Both the position numbers and the translations under genes were made by a program. A stretch of DNA of 32,000 nt from NCBI GenBank assembly GCA_963528875.1, contig CAURWT010000003.1, positions 90,001 to 122,000 on the forward strand, written 5' to 3'. Source of the stretch: an uncultured Candidatus Saccharimonas sp. Lineage in GTDB: Bacteria > Patescibacteriota > Saccharimonadia > Saccharimonadales > Saccharimonadaceae. Below are positions 20,527 to 27,123 of the stretch, piece after piece (within the stretch, counting starts at the first letter, position 1; each line of letters begins with the position of its first letter). The notes beneath the pieces were generated by a model, which ran no database searches, had not been told where the DNA came from, and saw nothing but the letters and a program-made list of their open reading frames with translations.

Positions 20527-20751
20527 ATGGCGAGAACAAGTATTCAATCAGTTGAGCCAATGGTAGCAGATTTAGTTAATGGCTGGTTGAAGTCATATGG
20601 TTTGGATTATAAATTAGAACAAGAAACTTTAAATTCTGAGATTGATAACGCATTGTCAGAATACTATTCCAAGCGAGGAGGGGCTGGAGGAAATCGCCCC
20701 GATACTAATTTATTTAGAAAAATAAATTGTAGGAAGGAGGGGCAATTTTGA
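20527..20751 (+). pseudogene. 74-aa mini-ORF, probably the N-terminal remnant of an HsdR-N/Mrr-like PD-(D/E)xK nuclease domain
   Basis: The ATG at 20527 follows a GGGAG SD. Translation: MARTSIQSVEPMVADLVNGWLKSYGLDYKLEQETLNSEIDNALSEYYSKRGGAGGNRPDTNLFRKINCRKEGQF. The sequence reaches an RPD motif (20695-20703) but ends before any ExK. Its last codons are the SD of the next gene, and the TGA overlaps the next start (TTGA, 20748-20751). Confidence 0.35.
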
Positions 20752-21677
20752 AAGTAATTGATTTTGAAGAATTTAAGATTTATAATGAGGAGAACAAATA
20801 TAGTTTTTTATATGCGGATTTTGATGATGAAAATAAATTCTTGAAAGGATTAGTTTCGTATATTTTTGATGAGAAAAATTTGCTCCTTTATTCTGAACTA
20901 AATACAGGAATAGAATTTACTCCAGGCAAAAAAGAATATGTAAAGCTTTATAAAAATATTCAATATTTCTTAGATGAGGAGTTAATGAAAATACCAATAG
21001 TTGATTTAGATGATGAGTTGGAAAAGATATTGGGCGAAGAATATGAATGTTTTAGAGATTCCGATGGTAAGTTCTTAATAAGAAAAGATAAAATAGGAAA
21101 AATTGGGGAATATATTTTTCATTTAATATTAACAAGATATTTTGGGTACAAATGTATAATTCCAAAATTCCGTATTACAACAGATAGAAATATGAGTGCA
21201 TTTGGTATTGATACATTATTTTATGATGATGAAAAAAGTGAAATTCTATTTGGAGAAGCAAAATTTTCAAAGGAACTAAAAAATGGAGTTTCCTTGGTTA
21301 ATCGATCTTTGAAAGATTATGAGCAAAATATAAAAGAAGAATATTTATTGGTTCTATCAAATGAAATCTTTAACTTAAATTCAAGCTTTTTGAATAAGTA
21401 TAAAGATACAATTGAAGTCTGTAGAACCTTCGAAGATTTTATTGATGAATCAAATATAAGTAGTATTATAATACCTATTTTTATTGCTCACGGTGATGGT
21501 AATAAAGAAAAAATAGAAAAGTTTTTAGATAGATTAAGTAGCATTAATTCTAATGAAATGTTAGGGTTAGAGACAAAATATTTGTTAATCTCTTTACCAG
21601 TAATTGATAAGGAAAAATTTGTTGATTTTGCAATCAGAATGGCGGCGAAAAAAGTTCATGAATACGAATGTAAATAA
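20748..21677 (+). CDS. DUF1837/HamA-like PD-(D/E)xK nuclease-fold protein (Hachiman-like effector)
   Basis: 309 aa. The TTG start lies 7 nt after AAGGAGG (20734-20740). The core KIGEYIFHLIL...FGIDTLFYDDEKSEILFGEAKFSK gives GE...D(21210-21212)...ExK(21255-21263), the arrangement I recall for DUF1837/Cap4-type nucleases. It is very AT-rich. Confidence 0.6.
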   Translation: MKVIDFEEFKIYNEENKYSFLYADFDDENKFLKGLVSYIFDEKNLLLYSELNTGIEFTPGKKEYVKLYKNIQYFLDEELMKIPIVDLDDELEKILGEEYECFRDSDGKFLIRKDKIGKIGEYIFHLILTRYFGYKCIIPKFRITTDRNMSAFGIDTLFYDDEKSEILFGEAKFSKELKNGVSLVNRSLKDYEQNIKEEYLLVLSNEIFNLNSSFLNKYKDTIEVCRTFEDFIDESNISSIIIPIFIAHGDGNKEKIEKFLDRLSSINSNEMLGLETKYLLISLPVIDKEKFVDFAIRMAAKKVHEYECK

Positions 21678-23715
21678 TGCACAGGTGTATAGGGAAAATT
21701 ACATACTTGCGTTAAACAATGTAGATAATAAAACGGAATATGAAAAATTTCATGCAGATTCTCTATTTAATCTGGGATTAACAATGTATTCAAGAGGATA
21801 TTCATTTAAGTCAGCTATTTATAATGGATTTGCTTGTAGTCATATTGATAGTAATTTATCATTACATCCAGAGCAAATGCGAGTTTTAAATCTAATTAAA
21901 GGTAATAATGGTCTCATCTTTAGTGCGCCAACAAGTTTTGGAAAGACGTTTGTTGTATTTGAATATATAGCAAGAGAGCAGCCTAAAAATGTTGTTTTGA
22001 TTGTACCTACATTAGCACTAGTTGATGAGTATAAACAAAAAATACTCAAAAAATATAGAAACTCGTTTTTGGATTATAAGATTTATACGAGCATTGATAT
22101 AGAAAAAGAATATGATTTTGAACACAAAAACTTATTTATTTTAACTCATGATAGAGTGGTTAATGAAGACGTAATTTCGATTTTTTCAGAAATAGATTTT
22201 TTGGTTATTGATGAGGTCTATAAGCTTAAGACTGATTTTAATAATGATAGAGTATTGATACTGAACTTGGCATATAAATTTCTAATGGAAAAATCAAGAA
22301 AGTATTTATTACTAGCTCCTTTCTTAAAAGAAGTCAGAAATATTGATAAAATAGAAAATAAACCGCTATTTTTTTCAAGCAACTTTTCACCTGTTGTAAA
22401 TAAGGTTATAGAGCGAAGAATTGTTGATGAAAAAGATAGATATTTAGAAACTGTAAAAATTGTAAATGAACTGGAGAATACCAAGCGACTGGTTTATTTC
22501 CACACAGTGTATTCGCTCAATAAATTTTTATCTGAAAAATTTGAATTTAATATTAAAATTGGTAAAAGTAGGATTTTAGATGAATTTATAGAATGGGCTT
22601 CAAAAGAAATACATGAGGAATGGTCGGTCTTAAGGGCATTAAATAAAGGTATTTTAGTGCATCACGGTCAGTTACCTTTAGGGATAAGGATGCTACAATT
22701 AGAACTATTTGATGATATAGACAGTGGATATAATATAATGCTATGTACATCCACATTGTTGGAAGGTGTTAATACTGCGTGTGAAAATATTATTATAACA
22801 AAGCCTGCAAGAAATAAAACTAAATTTGATGCATTTGATTTTTTTAATCTTATAGGGAGAACGGGAAGACTTTGCCAATATTATTTAGGGACTGCATATT
22901 ATATACGTGGTACTAACGACAGAAAGTATTGTAAGGAAGAAGCTTTAAAGTCTATTGAATTTGAGTTAACCGACAATAGTATTGATATGGATATTAATTC
23001 CGATAGATATAATGAACATCCTGAATTTTTGAGTTTATTGCAAGAAATGGGAATCACATATGATGACTATATAAAGCATTTTGCAACACAATTTAGATTT
23101 TCAACAGTAAGTGCGATGTATAATAGATTCAAACAAAATAAAAACTTATTATACAAGGCGATCAATGATATGCTTATAAGTGATCAACCATCAAAACTAA
23201 ATACTGTTAGGGAGATATATAAAATTATTGAAAGTAATTTTAATAATTATAAGCTTAAAACATTTATTATTAATGCTTTGACATATAAGAGCGTAAATAG
23301 TGTTAGGGCGACTATTGAACGGGTTCGTGGAGCATTCGTTGAGTTAGATTTAGATTCTATAATAAGTGAAGTTTTAAAATTGAAAAATAGTTATATAGAA
23401 TATGATTTCTATAAGAAAACGGAAGCTATTTTATATTTTATGGAGTTAGATAATGTATCAGAGAATATAAAAAAGCCTATTGAGGAGGAAATACTAAGAG
23501 TAATAGAGAATAAGTATTTTATGCATTCTCCAGGTAAAAAAATATTAAAAGATATGGGGATTTATGATAAGGATATAAATAATATTTCTAAAATTATTGG
23601 TGAAGATATAAGTTCTGTTGATGAATTACAAAGTAAAATACAGGAAAATTACGAAAAAGTTATTTCTAAAATAAGTGTTATATCAAGGTTTATTGTTGAA
23701 AAAATGATAAGATGA
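21658..23715 (+). CDS. Ski2/Hel308-like SF2 helicase (HamB-like)
   Basis: The ORF is open from the TTG at 21604. The ATG at 21658 is preferred and overlaps the upstream gene by 20 nt. Motifs: Walker A APTSFGKT (21925-21948), motif II DEVY (22210-22221), HHGQLPLGIR, TSTLLEGVN (22747-22773) and IGRTGR (22852-22869). The ~250-aa C-terminal region has no motif I recognise. Confidence 0.65.
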   Translation: MNTNVNNAQVYRENYILALNNVDNKTEYEKFHADSLFNLGLTMYSRGYSFKSAIYNGFACSHIDSNLSLHPEQMRVLNLIKGNNGLIFSAPTSFGKTFVVFEYIAREQPKNVVLIVPTLALVDEYKQKILKKYRNSFLDYKIYTSIDIEKEYDFEHKNLFILTHDRVVNEDVISIFSEIDFLVIDEVYKLKTDFNNDRVLILNLAYKFLMEKSRKYLLLAPFLKEVRNIDKIENKPLFFSSNFSPVVNKVIERRIVDEKDRYLETVKIVNELENTKRLVYFHTVYSLNKFLSEKFEFNIKIGKSRILDEFIEWASKEIHEEWSVLRALNKGILVHHGQLPLGIRMLQLELFDDIDSGYNIMLCTSTLLEGVNTACENIIITKPARNKTKFDAFDFFNLIGRTGRLCQYYLGTAYYIRGTNDRKYCKEEALKSIEFELTDNSIDMDINSDRYNEHPEFLSLLQEMGITYDDYIKHFATQFRFSTVSAMYNRFKQNKNLLYKAINDMLISDQPSKLNTVREIYKIIESNFNNYKLKTFIINALTYKSVNSVRATIERVRGAFVELDLDSIISEVLKLKNSYIEYDFYKKTEAILYFMELDNVSENIKKPIEEEILRVIENKYFMHSPGKKILKDMGIYDKDINNISKIIGEDISSVDELQSKIQENYEKVISKISVISRFIVEKMIR

Positions 23716-23719
23716 GAAA

Positions 23720-24180
23720 GCTACCTATCTATCTCCTTGTCCATATATTTCTCATAATTTTTTCTGATTTAATATAATTCTTTCATATCAGATTTTGTAG
23801 AAGAATACTCTTGCATTAGAGTATTCTTTTTCTTGTAATTTATCAAGTTTATCTAAAATATCCTTGGAATTTGGAAGTTTTGAGCAATATTTTTTAGGTC
23901 TAAAAGGGCATTTTTATAGAGTGTTATTTCTGATTTGTGTTCTTCAAAAAAGCTTCATCAGATGGATCTTTCTTATATTCCAGATATATTTGGCGATACG
24001 ATTTTATGATATGAACTTATTCTATAGTATTTGACATAGCTGAAATTTTCTTATCAATAACAAATTCTTTTCAGCCATTACGAAGTTAGCAATTAAAGAT
24101 GTTGTTAAATATGCAGATAAAAGGATTGTTGCGACTAAAAAAATTGTAAATAAGTAATAAAAGCTTATATTACGCTTGCG
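23720..24180 (-). pseudogene. Decayed gene remnant (multiple frameshifts and stops)
   Basis: The - strand gives protein-like stretches spread over all three frames: ISFYYLFTIFLVATILLSAYLTTSLIANFV; KEFVIDKKISAMSNTIE; HIIKSYRQIYLEYKKDPSDEAFLKN; FFEEHKSEITLYKNALLDLKNIAQNFQIP; SKDILDKLDKLQEKEYSNARVFFYKI. No intact ORF of 60 aa or more exists on either strand across about 690 bp. Confidence 0.3.
23801..23834 (+). terminator. Rho-independent terminator of the island operon
   Basis: Perfect 11-bp stem AAGAATACTCT (23801-23811) / AGAGTATTCTT (23818-23828), loop TGCATT, then TTTCTT. Confidence 0.7.
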
Positions 24181-24205
24181 CTTAGCCCGCTCAAAGTGCT
24201 ATAAT
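24176..24205 (+). promoter_or_regulatory. Candidate promoter of the HU-like gene
   Basis: TTGCGC (24176-24181), 18 nt spacer, TATAAT (24200-24205). It is bracketed by the inverted repeat AAAGTGCT (24193-24200) / AGCACTTT (24221-24228). Confidence 0.4.
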
Positions 24206-24220
24206 TAAGGCAGGAAATCA

Positions 24221-24376
24221 AGCACTTTTAAGGAAATAACTTGGTGATTTTGGCAAGGTGAAAGGAGGAATCTTTAAACCCTTATAGCAAACCAACAAAA
24301 GTGCTACATCACTTTTTAAAATTTGCTAAGCACATTTAAGAATCATCTATAGCATTTTTAATTAACTGCTATAGCA
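24221..24376 (+). promoter_or_regulatory. Structured, repeat-rich 5' leader upstream of the HU-like gene
   Basis: AGCACTTTT (24221-24229) is complementary to AAAAGTGCT (24297-24305). A competing hairpin AAAAGTG (24297-24303) / CACTTTT (24310-24316) is followed by a T-run. There is a 19-nt near-palindrome at 24319-24337, three TATAGCA copies (24283, 24348, 24370) and the perfect palindrome TGCTATAGCA (24367-24376). Confidence 0.4.
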
Positions 24377-24407
24377 AAACAAATCAAAATCCTTTTAAGG
24401 AGGAAGA

Positions 24408-24845
24408 ATGAGTCTTAAATATAAAGTTGTTCAACTTGTAAACCCTGCAAAACGAGATGAGCCAAAAAAGTTTTACGCTCAACTGGCTGAATCTGGCCGT
24501 GTTGATCTAGATGAAATCGCTAATAGTATTTCAGAAACCTCAACCACGGTGAGCCATATTGATGTGCATGCAGTTTTGCTAGCACTAACAGATGAGCTTT
24601 TGAAACGATTAGAGCGAGGCGAAAGTGTTCATCTTGGAAAACTTGGTTATTTTCATACAACTATTCAATCTAAAGGTCAAGCTAAAGAGTCTGATGTAAC
24701 AGCAAGCTCGATTGAGGGTGTGAAAGTTCGTTTTGTGGCGGGTGATGCCTTAAAAGATAAGCTGAAGCCAGCACACTTTGAGAAGGTTGAAAAGGCTAAA
24801 ACTACCGAGCCAAAACCAACCGAAAACAAGCCGGCGGGTGCTTAA
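24408..24845 (+). CDS. HU-like DNA-binding protein (long, Bacteroidota-style HU family)
   Basis: 145 aa. MSLKYKVVQLVNPAKRDEPKKFYAQLAESGRVDLDEIANSISETSTTVSHIDVHAVLLALTDELLKRLERGESVHLGKLGYF... matches my memory of the YKVV...KFYA...G.V.L.E....I...ST....D..AVL HU-like family. It has a Pro/Lys-rich tail and a strong SD (AAGGAGG). Confidence 0.65.
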   Translation: MSLKYKVVQLVNPAKRDEPKKFYAQLAESGRVDLDEIANSISETSTTVSHIDVHAVLLALTDELLKRLERGESVHLGKLGYFHTTIQSKGQAKESDVTASSIEGVKVRFVAGDALKDKLKPAHFEKVEKAKTTEPKPTENKPAGA

Positions 24846-24863
24846 AATTAACTAAAGAAAAAA

Positions 24864-24914
24864 TTTTAAAACCAGCTTCGAGTGGCAAAAAGAGCTATCG
24901 GGCTGGTTTTAAAA
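24864..24914 (+). terminator. Long inverted repeat / probable terminator after the HU-like gene
   Basis: Perfect 13-bp arms TTTTAAAACCAGC (24864-24876) / GCTGGTTTTAAAA (24902-24914) with a 25-nt loop. A T-rich tract follows. Confidence 0.5.
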
Positions 24915-24926
24915 TTGGTTTTTTTG

Positions 24927-24935
24927 TGTTAAAAT
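24927..24935 (+). promoter_or_regulatory. Extended -10 element upstream of the FemAB-family gene
   Basis: TGtTAAAAT (24927-24935). The ATG at 24945 is only 9 nt downstream. Confidence 0.35.
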
Positions 24936-24944
24936 AGAGGATAT

Positions 24945-25955
24945 ATGAAAAGCCTTGTAGAGATTTTAAAAGAAGAATATCAAAACTATTGCCAAGATAA
25001 AAATATTGACTGGTTGCAAAGTGTAGAATTTGCCGAAATGCGCAAAAAACGTGGCGCGGAATGCTATTTTGTAGCGTTAAAAAATGGTGAAAATATCGAA
25101 GTTGCTGGGTTAATTTCTAGCAAAAATAAGCGTTTCGATTTGGTGATGGTTGAACAAAACGGCGCTTCGCAAGCAGATTTTGTGGATTTTTTAGTGAAGA
25201 GTGAAGAATTTGCACGCAAGCATGGAGCAATCTCATATCGGATTTTGCCAAAAGTTGTGCGTGCGCTTCGCAATGATAAACTTGAAATTATTGAAAGTAA
25301 CAATCTCGAATGGCTGAATGAACCGCTATTAAAAGCTGGTTTTAAATATCATTCTGGCTTCAAGCACGAGTTTGATATGGATGTAAACATGCATGTTTAT
25401 TTGAAAGATCTAACAGAATTAAGTGAAGATGACATGGCGGCGACTTATAACCAAACTACTCGCCGAAATCTGCGCGCAGCAATGAGAAAAGGCGTGAATA
25501 TTCGCAAGGTTGAGGAGAGCGAATTTGCTGATTTTGTGGCGATTTTAAAGAGTTCGAACCAGAAAAATGGCGTTGGCACGCGGGATGAAGAATATTACCA
25601 CAATTTAAAAACTTGTTTTGGTGAGCAAGCGCATTTTATGGGCGTAGAATTTGAAGGAAAGCTAATTTCTGCTGGCGTATTTATCTTTTCGAAAAATGAA
25701 GTTGTTTATTTTGAAGGTGGTTCTTTGCAGGAATATCGCAAAATTCCAGCTTCAACATTTTTGCAAGATTATATGATTAAAGAGGCAATTCGCGCAGGAG
25801 CTTCGAAATATAATTTTTATGGTATTACGGCAGAACCAAAGGCGAGTTTGTTGCGTTTTAAGGCTGGTTTTCGTGGTGTGGCGGTTGAGTATGCTGGTGA
25901 ATACCGTAAAAGATATTTGTTACGCACAATTTTTAGTAAAATCTTTCGAAAATAG
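24945..25955 (+). CDS. FemAB-family peptidoglycan interpeptide-bridge aminoacyltransferase
   Basis: 336 aa with DWLQSVEFAEMRKKRG, NQTTRRNLRAAMRKGVNIRKV and YFEGGSLQEYRKIPASTFLQDYMIKEAIRAGASKYNFYGI. This is the Fem/MurM-type pattern. Confidence 0.75.
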   Translation: MKSLVEILKEEYQNYCQDKNIDWLQSVEFAEMRKKRGAECYFVALKNGENIEVAGLISSKNKRFDLVMVEQNGASQADFVDFLVKSEEFARKHGAISYRILPKVVRALRNDKLEIIESNNLEWLNEPLLKAGFKYHSGFKHEFDMDVNMHVYLKDLTELSEDDMAATYNQTTRRNLRAAMRKGVNIRKVEESEFADFVAILKSSNQKNGVGTRDEEYYHNLKTCFGEQAHFMGVEFEGKLISAGVFIFSKNEVVYFEGGSLQEYRKIPASTFLQDYMIKEAIRAGASKYNFYGITAEPKASLLRFKAGFRGVAVEYAGEYRKRYLLRTIFSKIFRK

Positions 25956-26033
25956 TTTAATATTTTGAATTTTAGGCATTAGAATAAAGATACGAGGTTT
26001 TACCTTAGTAATTTTGAAAGCAGGTGCAAAGCC

Positions 26034-26429
26034 ATGGCTGGATTTAACATTTCTATGGAGCGAATTAACAATGATTATTCGAGAGTTGTTGATATTGGTA
26101 ACGAGATTAAGATGCTTAAAAGCAAACTTTATGATGCATACGAATTACAAAAAAGTATTTGCGAAGATTTGAGACTTGCGGGTGAAGCTTTAGGTTATGC
26201 AAGAAAGGAGTGTCGATGGGCGAAAAGATTATGCAAGCATGGAGAAACAGATGAGGGTAAACATTCAGAATATGACAGAAACTTGAAATATTGGAAAGAT
26301 TCGGTCAGGATGCTCACTAAAGAAAAAAGAAAGACCAGTCAAACAATTAGCGACCTGAGAGGCGCAATAGAAAGTGGCAAAAAACTTTTAACAGCACGAG
26401 TTGATGCTCGCCATGATTGGGAAACCTAA
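26034..26429 (+). CDS. Hypothetical helical protein (131 aa)
   Basis: The ATG follows an AGGTG SD. The protein is basic and looks coiled-coil-like, with a Cys/His cluster (KECRWAKRLCKHG). I recognise no family. Confidence 0.5.
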   Translation: MAGFNISMERINNDYSRVVDIGNEIKMLKSKLYDAYELQKSICEDLRLAGEALGYARKECRWAKRLCKHGETDEGKHSEYDRNLKYWKDSVRMLTKEKRKTSQTISDLRGAIESGKKLLTARVDARHDWET

Positions 26430-26433
26430 CTTT

Positions 26434-26455
26434 AACCACCGAAAGGTGGTTTTTA
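26434..26455 (+). terminator. Rho-independent terminator
   Basis: AACCACC (26434-26440) / GGTGGTT (26445-26451), GAAA tetraloop, then a T-run. Confidence 0.75.
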
Positions 26456-26484
26456 TTGACAAAAAATATGATCTATGGTAAAAT
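26456..26484 (+). promoter_or_regulatory. Consensus promoter of the 148-aa orphan gene
   Basis: TTGACA (26456-26461), 17 nt spacer, TGgTAAAAT (26476-26484). Confidence 0.6.
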
Positions 26485-26544
26485 TATAACCTATCTAAAA
26501 CAAAAGAGTTCTAGATAAGATTTATTTAAAGGAGGTTGTCGCTT

Positions 26545-26991
26545 ATGGCAACTCGTAATTTTAAACAAATAGCAAACCTTGGCCGTACGAGAGGTTATGA
26601 GAACGCAGTTAAGGTTTTTGAGTCTAGCTTTCTAAGTGAAACGATCGAAGACCGTGAGGAATCGCTCAACTCAGCTTGGAAAATAAGGGGAGAGCTTTTA
26701 GATACGATCGGTGAGTTATCGAACAAATTAGAGAATTCGGTAAATCCATCGCAAGATGACTATAAGTTATTGGAGTTATTCCAAAAATGTCTAAGTCGTA
26801 TTGATAAAAAAATAATTCCTAGATTAAATAGGACGACTCAGGATTTAAAGGGAACTGAAGCTAGAGGTATTCAAAAAGATAAAGTAGTGAAAAGCTCAAA
26901 CTATAAAGATAAGAAACATGGTTTTCATACTAAATGTGTTCCAGATAAAAAAGGAATACAAGCGCGATTACAACATTGCACGAACAAATAA
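26545..26991 (+). CDS. Hypothetical protein (148 aa)
   Basis: The ATG at 26545 lies 9 nt after GGAGG (26531-26535). The TTG at 26536 in the ORF track abuts the SD and is unlikely. The body is helical and the tail is very basic with HGFHTKC...LQHC. Confidence 0.5.
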   Translation: MATRNFKQIANLGRTRGYENAVKVFESSFLSETIEDREESLNSAWKIRGELLDTIGELSNKLENSVNPSQDDYKLLELFQKCLSRIDKKIIPRLNRTTQDLKGTEARGIQKDKVVKSSNYKDKKHGFHTKCVPDKKGIQARLQHCTNK

Positions 26992-27039
26992 ACAAAAACG
27001 GTAATGGCTTGCTAGCTAAAAATGTTTCAAAAAACATCC

Positions 27040-27066
27040 AACCGCTCAAAATGAGCGGTTTTTTCT
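27040..27066 (+). terminator. Rho-independent terminator
   Basis: AACCGCTC (27040-27047) / GAGCGGTT (27053-27060), loop AAAAT, then TTTT. Confidence 0.75.
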
Positions 27067-27094
27067 TTACGCCTATGTTTTTTTATGTTAAAAT
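27066..27094 (+). promoter_or_regulatory. Promoter of the aminotransferase / DsbA-like pair
   Basis: TTTACG (27066-27071), 17 nt spacer, TGtTAAAAT (27086-27094). Confidence 0.5.
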
Positions 27095-27123
27095 GGTAAA
27101 AGTTAAAGAAGGAGGTTTGAGTT

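Noticed and set aside
21604-21657. The TTG start at 21604 for the helicase (54 nt upstream of the ATG), and the ATG start at 20476 for the mini-ORF.
   Set aside because: Neither has an SD. The downstream ATGs (21658 and 20527) fit better, though the 21658 start also has only a weak purine-rich upstream tract and so remains uncertain.
20465-24172. A possible att-like direct repeat (TTATATT) near both edges of the AT-rich island.
   Set aside because: It is only 7 nt in extremely AT-rich sequence, which is expected by chance. No integrase, tRNA or longer repeat supports site-specific integration.
24261-24270. A strong SD-like AAAGGAGGAA in the HU-like gene leader, suggesting a hidden upstream small ORF.
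   Set aside because: No ATG, GTG or TTG lies within 5-12 nt downstream, and the following frames hit stops quickly. It is more likely part of the leader's secondary structure (an SD mimic) than a translation start.
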